Positions 26,650 to 35,617 of a DNA stretch of 61,234 nucleotides are shown here, in pieces; position 1 is the stretch's first letter; each line of letters begins with the position of its first letter. The position numbers and the translations under genes are program-made. The notes beneath the pieces were generated by a model. That model ran no database searches, was not told the origin of the DNA, and worked only from the letters and a program-made list of their open reading frames with translations. Origin of the DNA: Anaerolineales bacterium (lineage in GTDB: Bacteria; Chloroflexota; Anaerolineae; Anaerolineales; E44-bin32); the NCBI GenBank assembly GCA_041821665.1, contig JBGUDT010000004.1:1-61234 (forward strand). The letters run 5' to 3'.

Positions 26650-29103
26650 ATGACAGATGAAACGAAGAGCCTCACGCTACCCATCACCGGGATGACATGT
26701 GCAAACTGTGTCGCCACCGTCGAGCGAAATTTGAAAAAGCTCGATGGTGTCGAGTTTGCCAGTGTAAATCTGGCCTCAGAACGGGCAAGTCTGGAGTATG
26801 ACCCTGCGAAGCTGGATCAGGATGATATCTTGAGCAAGATTCAAGCAGCTGGTTATGATGTCGCGCTTGGTGAGGCTGACATTGTCCTGAGACGGATTGG
26901 AGACACATCGGATGCCAACCGTCTGGAAGAATCTTTGCTCGATAAAGATGGAATTGTGGACGTAAGCGTGAATTTGACCACTGAGCGCGTGCGCGTGCAC
27001 TACATCCCCACGATGATCAGTCAGCGAGAAATCCGAGACGTGATTGCTGCGGCTGGGCTTGAACCGATTGAGGTTAGCGATGAGGTTGAGGATGTCGAGC
27101 TCGAGGCGAGGCAAGCAGAAATCAATCATCAACGAAAGCTTCTCATCGTCGGTGTGTCGTTCACGCTCCCGCTCTTCATCCTCTCGATGCTCCGTGACTT
27201 CGGCATGCTTCCTCCTGGATTGGCGAGTGCGCCATGGTTGAATTGGCTCATGTTTGCCCTGGCGACGCCGGTACAATTTTACGTTGGCGGTCAGTATTAC
27301 AGGGGGGCGTATAAAGCGCTACGAAATCGAGCGGCGAATATGGACGTACTCATTGCCATGGGTTCCTCCGCGGCCTATTTCTATTCGTTGCTCGTCCTCT
27401 TTGGTCTGGTAGATGGTCATGTGTTCTTTGAGACCTCGGCCATGATCATCACGCTGATCGTGCTTGGTAAATACCTCGAAGCGCGTGCGAAGGGTCGTGC
27501 CAGTGAGGCGATACGAAATTTGCTCAGTTTGCAGGCCAAGCACGCCCATGTTATCCGAGACGGGCTCGAGGTGGACTTGCCAGTCGAGGACGTCGTCGTA
27601 GGCGATATATTGGTGGTGCGTCCGGGGGAGAAGATCCCGGTTGATGGCGTCGTGATCGATGGACATACCTCGATTGACGAGTCCATGCTCACCGGAGAGT
27701 CCATGCCGGTGGAGAAACGTCAGGGGGATCAGGTCATTGGTGCCACACTGAACAAAACGGGACGTATCAAGTTTGAAGCCGTCAAAGTTGGTAAGGATAC
27801 AGCGCTTGCACAAATCGTCCGTTTGGTGGAAGAAGCCCAGGGGAGTAAAGCGCCAATCCAGCGTCTTGCCGATCAGGTGTCTTCCATCTTTGTTCCTGTA
27901 GTAATTCTCATTGCAGCACTGACATTCCTCTTCTGGTTCTTCGTCGCTCCTCTTCCCCTGGATGATACTTCTGCCTTCACGCGTGCCTTGATAAATGCCA
28001 TTGCCGTCCTGGTAATCGCATGTCCATGTGCCATGGGGTTGGCGACACCGACAGCCGTAATGGTCGGTACAGGCATGGGGGCGAAGAATGGGATCTTGCT
28101 CAAATCCGGAGAGGCTCTTGAGCGTGCCGGCCATCTCACGACGGTCTTACTGGATAAGACCGGGACGATCACGCGTGGGCAGCCGAGTGTGACGGATATC
28201 GTGCTCGCAAATGGATCTCCCAAAGAAAACGATGTCTTGCAGCTCGCTGCCAGCGTTGAGAACGCTTCCGAACATCCTCTTGGAGAGGCCATTGTTGCGG
28301 AAGCTAAGAGCCGGAACCTGACTCTTTCTGACCCGCAAGGTTTCAATGCGGTGATCGGGAAAGGGGTAAAGGCCCAAGTGGACGGGCATGAAGTTTTCAT
28401 TGGAACGACTCAGTTCCTGGCCGAACAAGGTATGCAACTTCATCAGTTAGATGAAATCTCCGCCCGCTTACGCAGCGATGCCAAGACCGTCGTCGGGATT
28501 GGGATCGATGGAGAGGCGGCAGGTGTAGTCGGTATCGCGGATACGATGAAAGATGGATCGAAGGATGCCATAGCGGCTCTCCAGGCGATGTCGCTCGAGG
28601 TAGGAATAATCACGGGGGATAACAAACAAACTGCTGATGCAATTGCGCATCTAGTTGGCATATTGAATGGTACAGGAAATACAACAGGATTTGTACGAGC
28701 CGAAGTTTTACCTGGAGAGAAGGCGGAGGCTGTTCAAGAGCTCCAAGATGAGGGCAAGGTTGTTGCGATGGTGGGTGATGGGATCAATGATGCACCAGCT
28801 CTCGCGCAGGCTGACGTCGGGATTGCCTTAGGGACCGGAACCGATGTAGCCATAGCGGCTGCACCTATTACGTTAATCAGCGGCGATTTGCGCGGCGTAC
28901 CGAAATCCATCCGTCTTTCCCGAGCTACGCTGCGGACGATTAAACAAAACTTATTCTGGGCACTTATTTACAATATCATCCTCATCCCTGCGGCTGCACT
29001 GGGCTTCCTAAATCCTATGCTTGCCGCAGGTGCGATGGCATTTAGCTCGATTTTCGTGGTCACGAATAGTCTACGGCTTCGAAGAGTTGATTTGACCTCC
29101 TAA
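26650..29103 (+). CDS. copA: Copper-translocating P1B-type ATPase
   Basis: N-terminal [11 protein letters not shown] plus a second HMA-like repeat lacking Cxx[23 protein letters not shown]. Confidence 0.93.
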   Translation: MTDETKSLTLPITGMTCANCVATVERNLKKLDGVEFASVNLASERASLEYDPAKLDQDDILSKIQAAGYDVALGEADIVLRRIGDTSDANRLEESLLDKDGIVDVSVNLTTERVRVHYIPTMISQREIRDVIAAAGLEPIEVSDEVEDVELEARQAEINHQRKLLIVGVSFTLPLFILSMLRDFGMLPPGLASAPWLNWLMFALATPVQFYVGGQYYRGAYKALRNRAANMDVLIAMGSSAAYFYSLLVLFGLVDGHVFFETSAMIITLIVLGKYLEARAKGRASEAIRNLLSLQAKHAHVIRDGLEVDLPVEDVVVGDILVVRPGEKIPVDGVVIDGHTSIDESMLTGESMPVEKRQGDQVIGATLNKTGRIKFEAVKVGKDTALAQIVRLVEEAQGSKAPIQRLADQVSSIFVPVVILIAALTFLFWFFVAPLPLDDTSAFTRALINAIAVLVIACPCAMGLATPTAVMVGTGMGAKNGILLKSGEALERAGHLTTVLLDKTGTITRGQPSVTDIVLANGSPKENDVLQLAASVENASEHPLGEAIVAEAKSRNLTLSDPQGFNAVIGKGVKAQVDGHEVFIGTTQFLAEQGMQLHQLDEISARLRSDAKTVVGIGIDGEAAGVVGIADTMKDGSKDAIAALQAMSLEVGIITGDNKQTADAIAHLVGILNGTGNTTGFVRAEVLPGEKAEAVQELQDEGKVVAMVGDGINDAPALAQADVGIALGTGTDVAIAAAPITLISGDLRGVPKSIRLSRATLRTIKQNLFWALIYNIILIPAAALGFLNPMLAAGAMAFSSIFVVTNSLRLRRVDLTS

Positions 29104-29232
29104 GATTAGAATTTGCTAATAATCTCCGCATTTTTCAGCCTTTCTACTTGAAGATGGGCTGAGGTTGCGTTATCCTTCTACGGTCGAAGTTAATTACCAT
29201 GTGGATGCAGTGGGGATCGTAGGAGGCAGTTC

Positions 29233-29970
29233 ATGGGATTTGGAGATATCGGGGCGGGTCCCTATGGGATTGGTCTTGCATTTTTAGCAGGGTTGCTCTC
29301 ATTCCTGTCACCATGTGTATTCGCTCTCGTGCCAGCCTATATTGGCTATTTGAGCGGACGTTCGTTCAACGCAGACGGAGAATTCGTCGAGAATCGGTGG
29401 GTCACATTTACCCACGGGCTCTTTTTTGTTGCAGGGTTTAGCGTCATCTTTGTGATATTGGGCGCCGCGGCGTCGGTGGTTGGCGTGCTGTTGTATGACT
29501 TACGGGTATGGTTAGCTCGCATTGGCGGGGTCGTCGTGATCATCTTCGGACTTCATACGTTGGGTGTGATCAACATCCCATTTCTCAATTATGATACTCG
29601 CCGACAAGTCGATCAGAGTTCTGGTCTGACCTACATGTCCTCGTTCATGATGGGGGTGTTCTTCTCTGCAGGATGGGCACCTTGTGTCGGACCAGTCCTG
29701 GGAGCGATCCTCACGCTTGCATTGAATAATGCCATGATTTCTGACGGCATCATCTTGCTCAGCGCCTACTCGTTGGGGCTTGCGGTGCCGTTCTTGATTA
29801 CAGCATTGGGGATAGGTTGGGTATCTGAAATATTAAAAAAATACAACAAAGCTGCTCGGTACATTTCGTACGCCACTGGCATCATTCTCATTATCGTGGG
29901 TGTGATGCTTTTCACTGGAACACTTGAACGGCTGGCTCGCTTCGGTTTCTTCGTCGACTTCGGCCTCTAG
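29233..29970 (+). CDS. ccdA: Cytochrome c biogenesis/thiol-reductant transfer protein CcdA (DsbD core family)
   Basis: FLSPCVFALVPAY and GWAPCVGPVLG, the two conserved Cys-containing helices. Confidence 0.88.
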   Translation: MGFGDIGAGPYGIGLAFLAGLLSFLSPCVFALVPAYIGYLSGRSFNADGEFVENRWVTFTHGLFFVAGFSVIFVILGAAASVVGVLLYDLRVWLARIGGVVVIIFGLHTLGVINIPFLNYDTRRQVDQSSGLTYMSSFMMGVFFSAGWAPCVGPVLGAILTLALNNAMISDGIILLSAYSLGLAVPFLITALGIGWVSEILKKYNKAARYISYATGIILIIVGVMLFTGTLERLARFGFFVDFGL

Positions 29971-29984
29971 GAGCATATAGCAAA

Positions 29985-30596
29985 GTGGATCGACGTATTA
30001 TTTATGTGTTTTCTGGATTGATCCTGGGCAGTGCCATCGGCATCGCAGCTTTCTATGGTTTCCCCAGTTCCGAGGCTGGATCTGGAACTGTTGGGTCAAC
30101 TCGAATAAGTGCGGATTCAACAGAAGTCCTGGACACCGAGGTAGAAGGATTTTCCTCGCGGCCGAGCGGACCAAAAAATGGGTCGCCTGCGCCAAATTTT
30201 TCTCTTCACGATCTCAATGGAAATATGGTAAACCTGGAAGAGACCCTTGGGAAGGTCGTCCTGCTTAATTTTTGGGCGACCTGGTGTGGGCCATGTAGGG
30301 TAGAAATGCCCTTCTTTGAGAGAACTTATGCAGAATTCAAGGATGAGGATTTCATTGTCCTTGCGGTGGATTTTGACGAACCAGTTGAGGCCGTACGTAC
30401 TTTTCAAGAGGAACTCAACTTGAATTTTCCCATCCTTTTGGACCCCGGCGGAAAGGTCCAGAGGGCTTATCGGGTCCTCGGTTATCCCACAAGCGTACTC
30501 ATCGATCGGGAAGGTCTGATACACGCAATCCACGTGGGCATCATGTCAGAAACTCAATTGGATAATTATCTTGGGGAGTTAGGTGTGGGCGAATGA
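29985..30596 (+). CDS. TlpA/ResA-like membrane-anchored thioredoxin
   Basis: GTG start, N-terminal anchor, NFWATWCGPCRVEMP (WCxxC), GYPTSVLID. Confidence 0.88.
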   Translation: MDRRIIYVFSGLILGSAIGIAAFYGFPSSEAGSGTVGSTRISADSTEVLDTEVEGFSSRPSGPKNGSPAPNFSLHDLNGNMVNLEETLGKVVLLNFWATWCGPCRVEMPFFERTYAEFKDEDFIVLAVDFDEPVEAVRTFQEELNLNFPILLDPGGKVQRAYRVLGYPTSVLIDREGLIHAIHVGIMSETQLDNYLGELGVGE

Positions 30597-31555
30597 TACG
30601 TGTGAAGTTGTATACGAATGAAAGCTGCTCTCTGTGCGAGGACGTGAAAGCTGATCTTGAATCTCTTCAATCCATCGTCCCACACGAAGTTATTGAAATC
30701 GACATTTCAAACGACCCTGCCCTTCATGCGGAATACGTAGAGAAGATCCCCGTTGTCGACATTGGTCCTTATTCGTTAATAGCCCCGATGACGAAGGTAG
30801 ATCTTGAAGTTGCTCTTCGAGCAGCTCAGGATAGTTTCTCGAGATCGGAAGAGAAAGATCAATCATCGGGAAAATATGCAGTGACCATCAATAAAGTTGT
30901 ATATTTCTTTGCCCAGCATTGGTTGGCAATCATAAATTTGGCTATCCTTGCTTATATTGGCCTTCCCTTTCTTGCGCCAACGCTTATGAAGGTGGGCGCT
31001 GAAAGACCGGCTCGTTTGATCTACACTGTCTATTCTCCGCTCTGTCACCAGCTCTCGTTTCGCTCATGGTTCCTTTATGGAGATCAACCAGCGTATCCGC
31101 TCGAGTCATCCGGAACTTCCTCGGGAACATATGAGGAGATAACGGGCACCGATCAGGTGGATTACATTGAAGCGAGCCGATACGTGGGGGATGAGACCGT
31201 TGGGTACAAGGTGGCTATCTGCCAACGTGATATCGCCATTTATGGTGGAATGTTCCTGGCTGGTCTGTTTTTTGTGTTTGTACGAGGCTGGCTGAAACCA
31301 GCTCCACTCATCCTCTGGTTTCTTATTGGTGTGGTACCTCTAGCATTGGATGGGGGGACTCAGCTAATCAGCCATATTCCCTTTATTGGTCTGGCTGTCC
31401 GAGAAAGCACACCCTTTCTGCGGACTTTGACAGGCTTGCTATTTGGCATCATGAATGTTTGGTTGGCGTACCCCTATATCGAAGAAACCATGATTGATAC
31501 ACAAACCTTAACCGCAGGACGGCTCGCTTCAATTGGAGAGCTAGAGAAATCTTGA
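30593..31555 (+). CDS. Glutaredoxin-like domain fused to DUF2085 membrane domain
   Basis: ATGA overlap with the upstream gene. N-terminus KLYTNESCSLCEDVKADL (CxxC, Grx-2-like). Membrane part has YSPLCHQLSFRSW and AICQRDIAIYGG, typical of DUF2085. Confidence 0.6.
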   Translation: MIRVKLYTNESCSLCEDVKADLESLQSIVPHEVIEIDISNDPALHAEYVEKIPVVDIGPYSLIAPMTKVDLEVALRAAQDSFSRSEEKDQSSGKYAVTINKVVYFFAQHWLAIINLAILAYIGLPFLAPTLMKVGAERPARLIYTVYSPLCHQLSFRSWFLYGDQPAYPLESSGTSSGTYEEITGTDQVDYIEASRYVGDETVGYKVAICQRDIAIYGGMFLAGLFFVFVRGWLKPAPLILWFLIGVVPLALDGGTQLISHIPFIGLAVRESTPFLRTLTGLLFGIMNVWLAYPYIEETMIDTQTLTAGRLASIGELEKS

Positions 31556-31634
31556 GAATGTTCTCGCGGAAAAGTTTGTTTACATCTCATCACGTAATAC
31601 GTGAATATCACCAATATATACGCTTGGATTATGC

Positions 31635-32417
31635 ATGATCAGAAAACAGGAGGGTCGCATTGGTTACGTTCAATTCGCCTCCTTTCAATCCTTTAATTTG
31701 TTTCATGCTGTCTTTATGCGGCATGGCGGCGCAAGTTCTCCGCCATGGGACTCACTAAATGTGGGCAGCACGGTAGGGGACGACCCTGATCATGTCCACG
31801 AGAACATCCGAAACATATTTTCCGATTTTAAGCGCTCGCCCAAGTCGATTCATCAGGTTTGGCAGGTTCATTCGGCAAGTGTCGCTTTCGCGAATTCGCC
31901 TTCCATCGGTGAGACACCCCAGAAGGCTGATGCGATCATCACGAGTTCGCCGCAGGTGAGCCTGTTTATGCGCTTTGCAGATTGTGTTCCTATCATGCTA
32001 TATGACCCTGTACAACACGCCATCGGTATTGGACACGCTGGGTGGCTGGGAACGGTCCGGAATGCTGGGGCCGCACTCACTCGTGCGATGGTTGAGAAAT
32101 TCGGATCTAAACCGGCGGACCTCCTTGCTGGACTGGGTCCCTCGATTGGTCCGGATCATTACACCGTCGGAGAGGAAGTCGTCGATCAAATTATGCGCGC
32201 CTTCAAAGTGGGAGGGGAAGCGCATATCAAGCGCATAGATGGCTCATATCACCTTGATCTGTGGACAGCCAATCGAGATTTACTAGAACGGGAAGGTGTC
32301 TCCCAGATCGAGGTTGCCGAGATATGCACTGCCTGTCATCTCGACGATTGGTTCTCTCACAGGGCTGAAAACGGGCGCACGGGTCGATTTGGTGCGATGA
32401 TTGCGTTGGGTGCATGA
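31635..32417 (+). CDS. pgeF: YfiH/PgeF family (DUF152) laccase-domain protein
   Basis: QVHSASV, ADCVPIMLYDP, GHAGWLG, CTACH...FSHR. Confidence 0.85.
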   Translation: MIRKQEGRIGYVQFASFQSFNLFHAVFMRHGGASSPPWDSLNVGSTVGDDPDHVHENIRNIFSDFKRSPKSIHQVWQVHSASVAFANSPSIGETPQKADAIITSSPQVSLFMRFADCVPIMLYDPVQHAIGIGHAGWLGTVRNAGAALTRAMVEKFGSKPADLLAGLGPSIGPDHYTVGEEVVDQIMRAFKVGGEAHIKRIDGSYHLDLWTANRDLLEREGVSQIEVAEICTACHLDDWFSHRAENGRTGRFGAMIALGA

Positions 32418-33142
32418 TGCGTGAAAATGTAGAACGCATGGCTCTGAGCCTGCAAAGGATTCAGGGCAATATCCATGAAGCAGCTGCCCGCTCGGGAAGA
32501 GATGACGCCTCTGTACGCATCGTTGCCATCTCCAAAGGCCAAACAACCTCCTCCATCCAACTCGCCTATGACTTAGGGATGCGAGACTTCGGAGAAAACA
32601 GAGTTGAAGAGGGCCTGGAGAAAATTACAAAGCTGGAGAACTTGGAGGGGATCGTCTGGCACATGGTTGGACACATCCAGAGCCGGAAGGCGAAGGAAAT
32701 CCCCGCGAATTTTCACATGGTCCACTCCGTTGACCGCCTGAAAATTGCACTTCAGTTGAATCGCAGTTCTGAAGAAGCAGGCGTTAAACTACCCGTATTC
32801 ATCGAGTGCAATACTTCAGGAGAGGAATCAAAATCCGGTTGGTCGGTTTATAACCGTGAGTCATGGGGGTTGATTTACAAGGATCTCTCCGATATCGCAA
32901 ATTTGCCCCATCTCCGCGTTCTAGGATTTATGACGATGGCGCCCTGGGTACAGGATGATCCAATCATTCGTACGTCATTCCGGAGGCTGCGAGAATTTCG
33001 TGATGATTATGCCGAATACTCGGATTTGGATTGGAAGGATCTATCTATGGGGATGACGGATGATTATTTGATTGCAATTGAGGAGGGGTCGACGGTCGTT
33101 CGAATTGGCAGAGCGATTTTTGGTGAGAGACAAACTCATTAA
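32414..33142 (+). CDS. yggS: YggS family pyridoxal-phosphate homeostasis protein
   Basis: VAISKGQ, FGENRVEE, WHMVGHIQSRKAK, LSMGMTDDY. ATGA overlap with pgeF. Confidence 0.9.
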   Translation: MMRENVERMALSLQRIQGNIHEAAARSGRDDASVRIVAISKGQTTSSIQLAYDLGMRDFGENRVEEGLEKITKLENLEGIVWHMVGHIQSRKAKEIPANFHMVHSVDRLKIALQLNRSSEEAGVKLPVFIECNTSGEESKSGWSVYNRESWGLIYKDLSDIANLPHLRVLGFMTMAPWVQDDPIIRTSFRRLREFRDDYAEYSDLDWKDLSMGMTDDYLIAIEEGSTVVRIGRAIFGERQTH

Positions 33143-33248
33143 TTGCTCGAACTACGGTAGAATCATGGCCGTTGGATCTCGATGGGCTTCGAGACCTTGT
33201 TCTAATAAATTCTATGCGACAGACACACGAAAGTAGGAGTAGCCACGG

Positions 33249-33500
33249 ATGAACGCCCTTGCAAACGCCATAATCATCGCAACCAGAATTCTCAGTATCG
33301 TCATCCTTGCCGATATTGTGATTTCTTACATCCTGGATCCATTCCATCCAGTACGACGTATCCTTGATTCCATCGTCCAGCCAATGCTTGCACCGATCCG
33401 GCGATTCATGCCGCAGACAGGTATGTTTGATTTCAGCCCAATCGTACTTCTAATTTTGGTGCAGTTAATCGGCAGCGCACTTGCGAACATCATCTCTTAA
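33249..33500 (+). CDS. yggT: YggT family membrane protein
   Basis: 83 aa with two TM helices. PIRRFMP...FDFSPIVLLILV is typical of YggT. Confidence 0.8.
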   Translation: MNALANAIIIATRILSIVILADIVISYILDPFHPVRRILDSIVQPMLAPIRRFMPQTGMFDFSPIVLLILVQLIGSALANIIS

Positions 33501-33512
33501 GGAAGAGGCGGC

Positions 33513-33833
33513 ATGAGAAAATTTAAACTTCACAACGGAAAACATGGCGCCGCCTTGACCATCCGGGTTACTCCAAGAGCTCGGAAGACTGAGTTTGGAG
33601 GCGTATTGGAGGATGGCACGGTCCGAATTCGCATCGCCGCGCCGCCAGTAGAAGGAAAAGCCAACAAGGCGTTGGTTAAGTATTTATCTGAATTGTTCGG
33701 CGTGCGAAAAAACAAGATAGAAATCGTAGCAGGCGAGAAGGGGTTGGATAAGATCATCTCTATTGATGGCATGTCTGCAGCCGTGGCGGAAGAACGCATT
33801 CAAGCGTATCTAGAAGCGGATGAAGTGAAGTAA
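33513..33833 (+). CDS. yggU: DUF167 (YggU) family protein
   Basis: LTIRVTPRARKTEFGG ... IRIAAPPVEGKANKALVKYLSELFGV. Confidence 0.85.
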   Translation: MRKFKLHNGKHGAALTIRVTPRARKTEFGGVLEDGTVRIRIAAPPVEGKANKALVKYLSELFGVRKNKIEIVAGEKGLDKIISIDGMSAAVAEERIQAYLEADEVK

Positions 33834-34357
33834 TAAGCTGGTTTTAACCAAGAATGAGGGGATAGATTGTACTGTACCCCGGATCGTCCCCCTCGTGGGG
33901 TGTCCTAAAAGGACAATACCATCAGACTGGTTAGATCTATACCTATGAAGCTTAGATATATATGTAAAGGAACAGATACTTCCGATTGTGCTATCCCCCT
34001 GAATCCCTGAATCAATGTGGTCTTACGATTGCTGACAATGGAGACGTCGATCCCCAAGATATTAGGTTTAAAAGAGGGGAGGGATTATTTTGGGTACTCT
34101 TTCGACGTGATTCGCTGCAACACTACTTGGTATTTTTTTCCAATGTATGACCAAAATTGCTTTAAACAAATGCTGAGAGCTAAACGGATGACGGATTGGA
34201 GTGAATCTGATTAGGTGATTTAGAGACATTGCTTGTACATTATTCTTTAGGGGAGGCTTTGTTCTTCCCGTCGGTCGGCCTAACGATCTCGAGTACGTTT
34301 GCTTTGTCTTGGTACTGTGAATGCTATCCCAGTATTACTAACACATAACTTGCTTGG

Positions 34358-35458
34358 CTAACCTCTTCCCTGTCGCCTCCAGGGGAATTGTTTTTCGGCC
34401 AAAACGTGTCCTGAGATTCCTCTGGTTTTCCAAGCGAATACACTCCACGCGATTAGCAGAACAACCGTTGCGTAATATGCTCCATACGAGAACCTGATGC
34501 CGCTCTGAGCCAGTGCCAAGTAGGGCAAATTAATCATGACCCCTAAGGCCAATGCAGATTTCATATCCGACCTAAATAGAGGAACTACACCTATGGCAAC
34601 GATTGCAAGCAAATTATTGCCAGCAGCGTATGGTGAAAGCAAGAGCGAAGCTGACATGAGTAGACCCGCTTTGCGACGATCAACCAAATGGCCTGTTGAG
34701 ATAGCGATATAGAGTGTTATGCAGAAGATCGTGATCCAAATGCCCCAAATAACACTGGACGGCAACTGTAGTCGAGCCAAGGTAGAGAGAAGACTAATAT
34801 CCATAATGCTTCCTCGTTGCTCGATTCCGAGCAAGGCCGTGATCCATTCCCTTCCAAACAATATTATGGTGATCATGACAATAACGGATAATCCGACAGC
34901 TGCGGATAGAAATCGTTTAATCGGCCAGGTGCGAAGAACAAACAGAGAAAGCACAATTAATAGCAGCCATGTCTCTTGAGGTTTTGCTGAAGCCAACAAA
35001 AACCCGATCGCCATCAACCATGGTTTCCGTCTGCGGTAAGCAAAGAGCGTTGTAAGGACGCCTGCGATCGTAAGAAACTCTAAGTTGCCATCTATAATAG
35101 TCCGCAGGGATGGATATGATGTCACCAAGAAGATAGTCACAGGCAAGTTGACCCTGTTAGATACCTTCCGCGGTACGCTTATCACCTCGGTGGCAATTGT
35201 GGCCAGTGTTAGAATCGCCCAACTGCTCTTGAAGGGGAGCAGACCTAGCGGTAGCACTGGAATAAGGCTCCAGGGTGGATTCCTTAAGCCTGTCCCGTAG
35301 TTAGGCAAGCCTCCTTGAAGCCCAAGCCATATACTGCGCCAATCGATCCCTAGCGAAGTCCCCTCGACGGGTAAGAGTTGAAAGAAGAAAATTAGCGAGA
35401 GGATTGCTATTCCGATGAGGCCGCCTGCCAATAAGAGCTTAGAAATCAATATCTTCAT
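34358..35458 (-). CDS. Polytopic membrane protein, DUF2029/GT87-like putative glycosyltransferase
   Basis: At least 9 TM helices. LRNPPWSLIPVLPLGLLPF resembles the YPP...P loop of GT87/DUF2029 enzymes. GC about 46% in hand-counted samples, against about 55% in neighbouring genes. Confidence 0.45.
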   Translation of the reverse strand: MKILISKLLLAGGLIGIAILSLIFFFQLLPVEGTSLGIDWRSIWLGLQGGLPNYGTGLRNPPWSLIPVLPLGLLPFKSSWAILTLATIATEVISVPRKVSNRVNLPVTIFLVTSYPSLRTIIDGNLEFLTIAGVLTTLFAYRRRKPWLMAIGFLLASAKPQETWLLLIVLSLFVLRTWPIKRFLSAAVGLSVIVMITIILFGREWITALLGIEQRGSIMDISLLSTLARLQLPSSVIWGIWITIFCITLYIAISTGHLVDRRKAGLLMSASLLLSPYAAGNNLLAIVAIGVVPLFRSDMKSALALGVMINLPYLALAQSGIRFSYGAYYATVVLLIAWSVFAWKTRGISGHVLAEKQFPWRRQGRG

Positions 35459-35617
35459 TCAATCCGTCTTAGCGATGAGCTCACGCTAATTCGTTTGGCG
35501 TTTGTACAGGTTACCCTGCTGTACTGCGGTGGGTTGAATAGATGAATTATGAAGGTTGTACACGATGACGTTAACCACGAGCGATCATTCCAATAACAGT
35601 CACGCCCGGTAGGACCT

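Noticed and set aside
27319-28400. Long antisense ORFs (271 aa and 175 aa) inside copA
   Set aside because: copA carries all P-type ATPase motifs on the plus strand. The antisense frames are low-complexity and motif-free.
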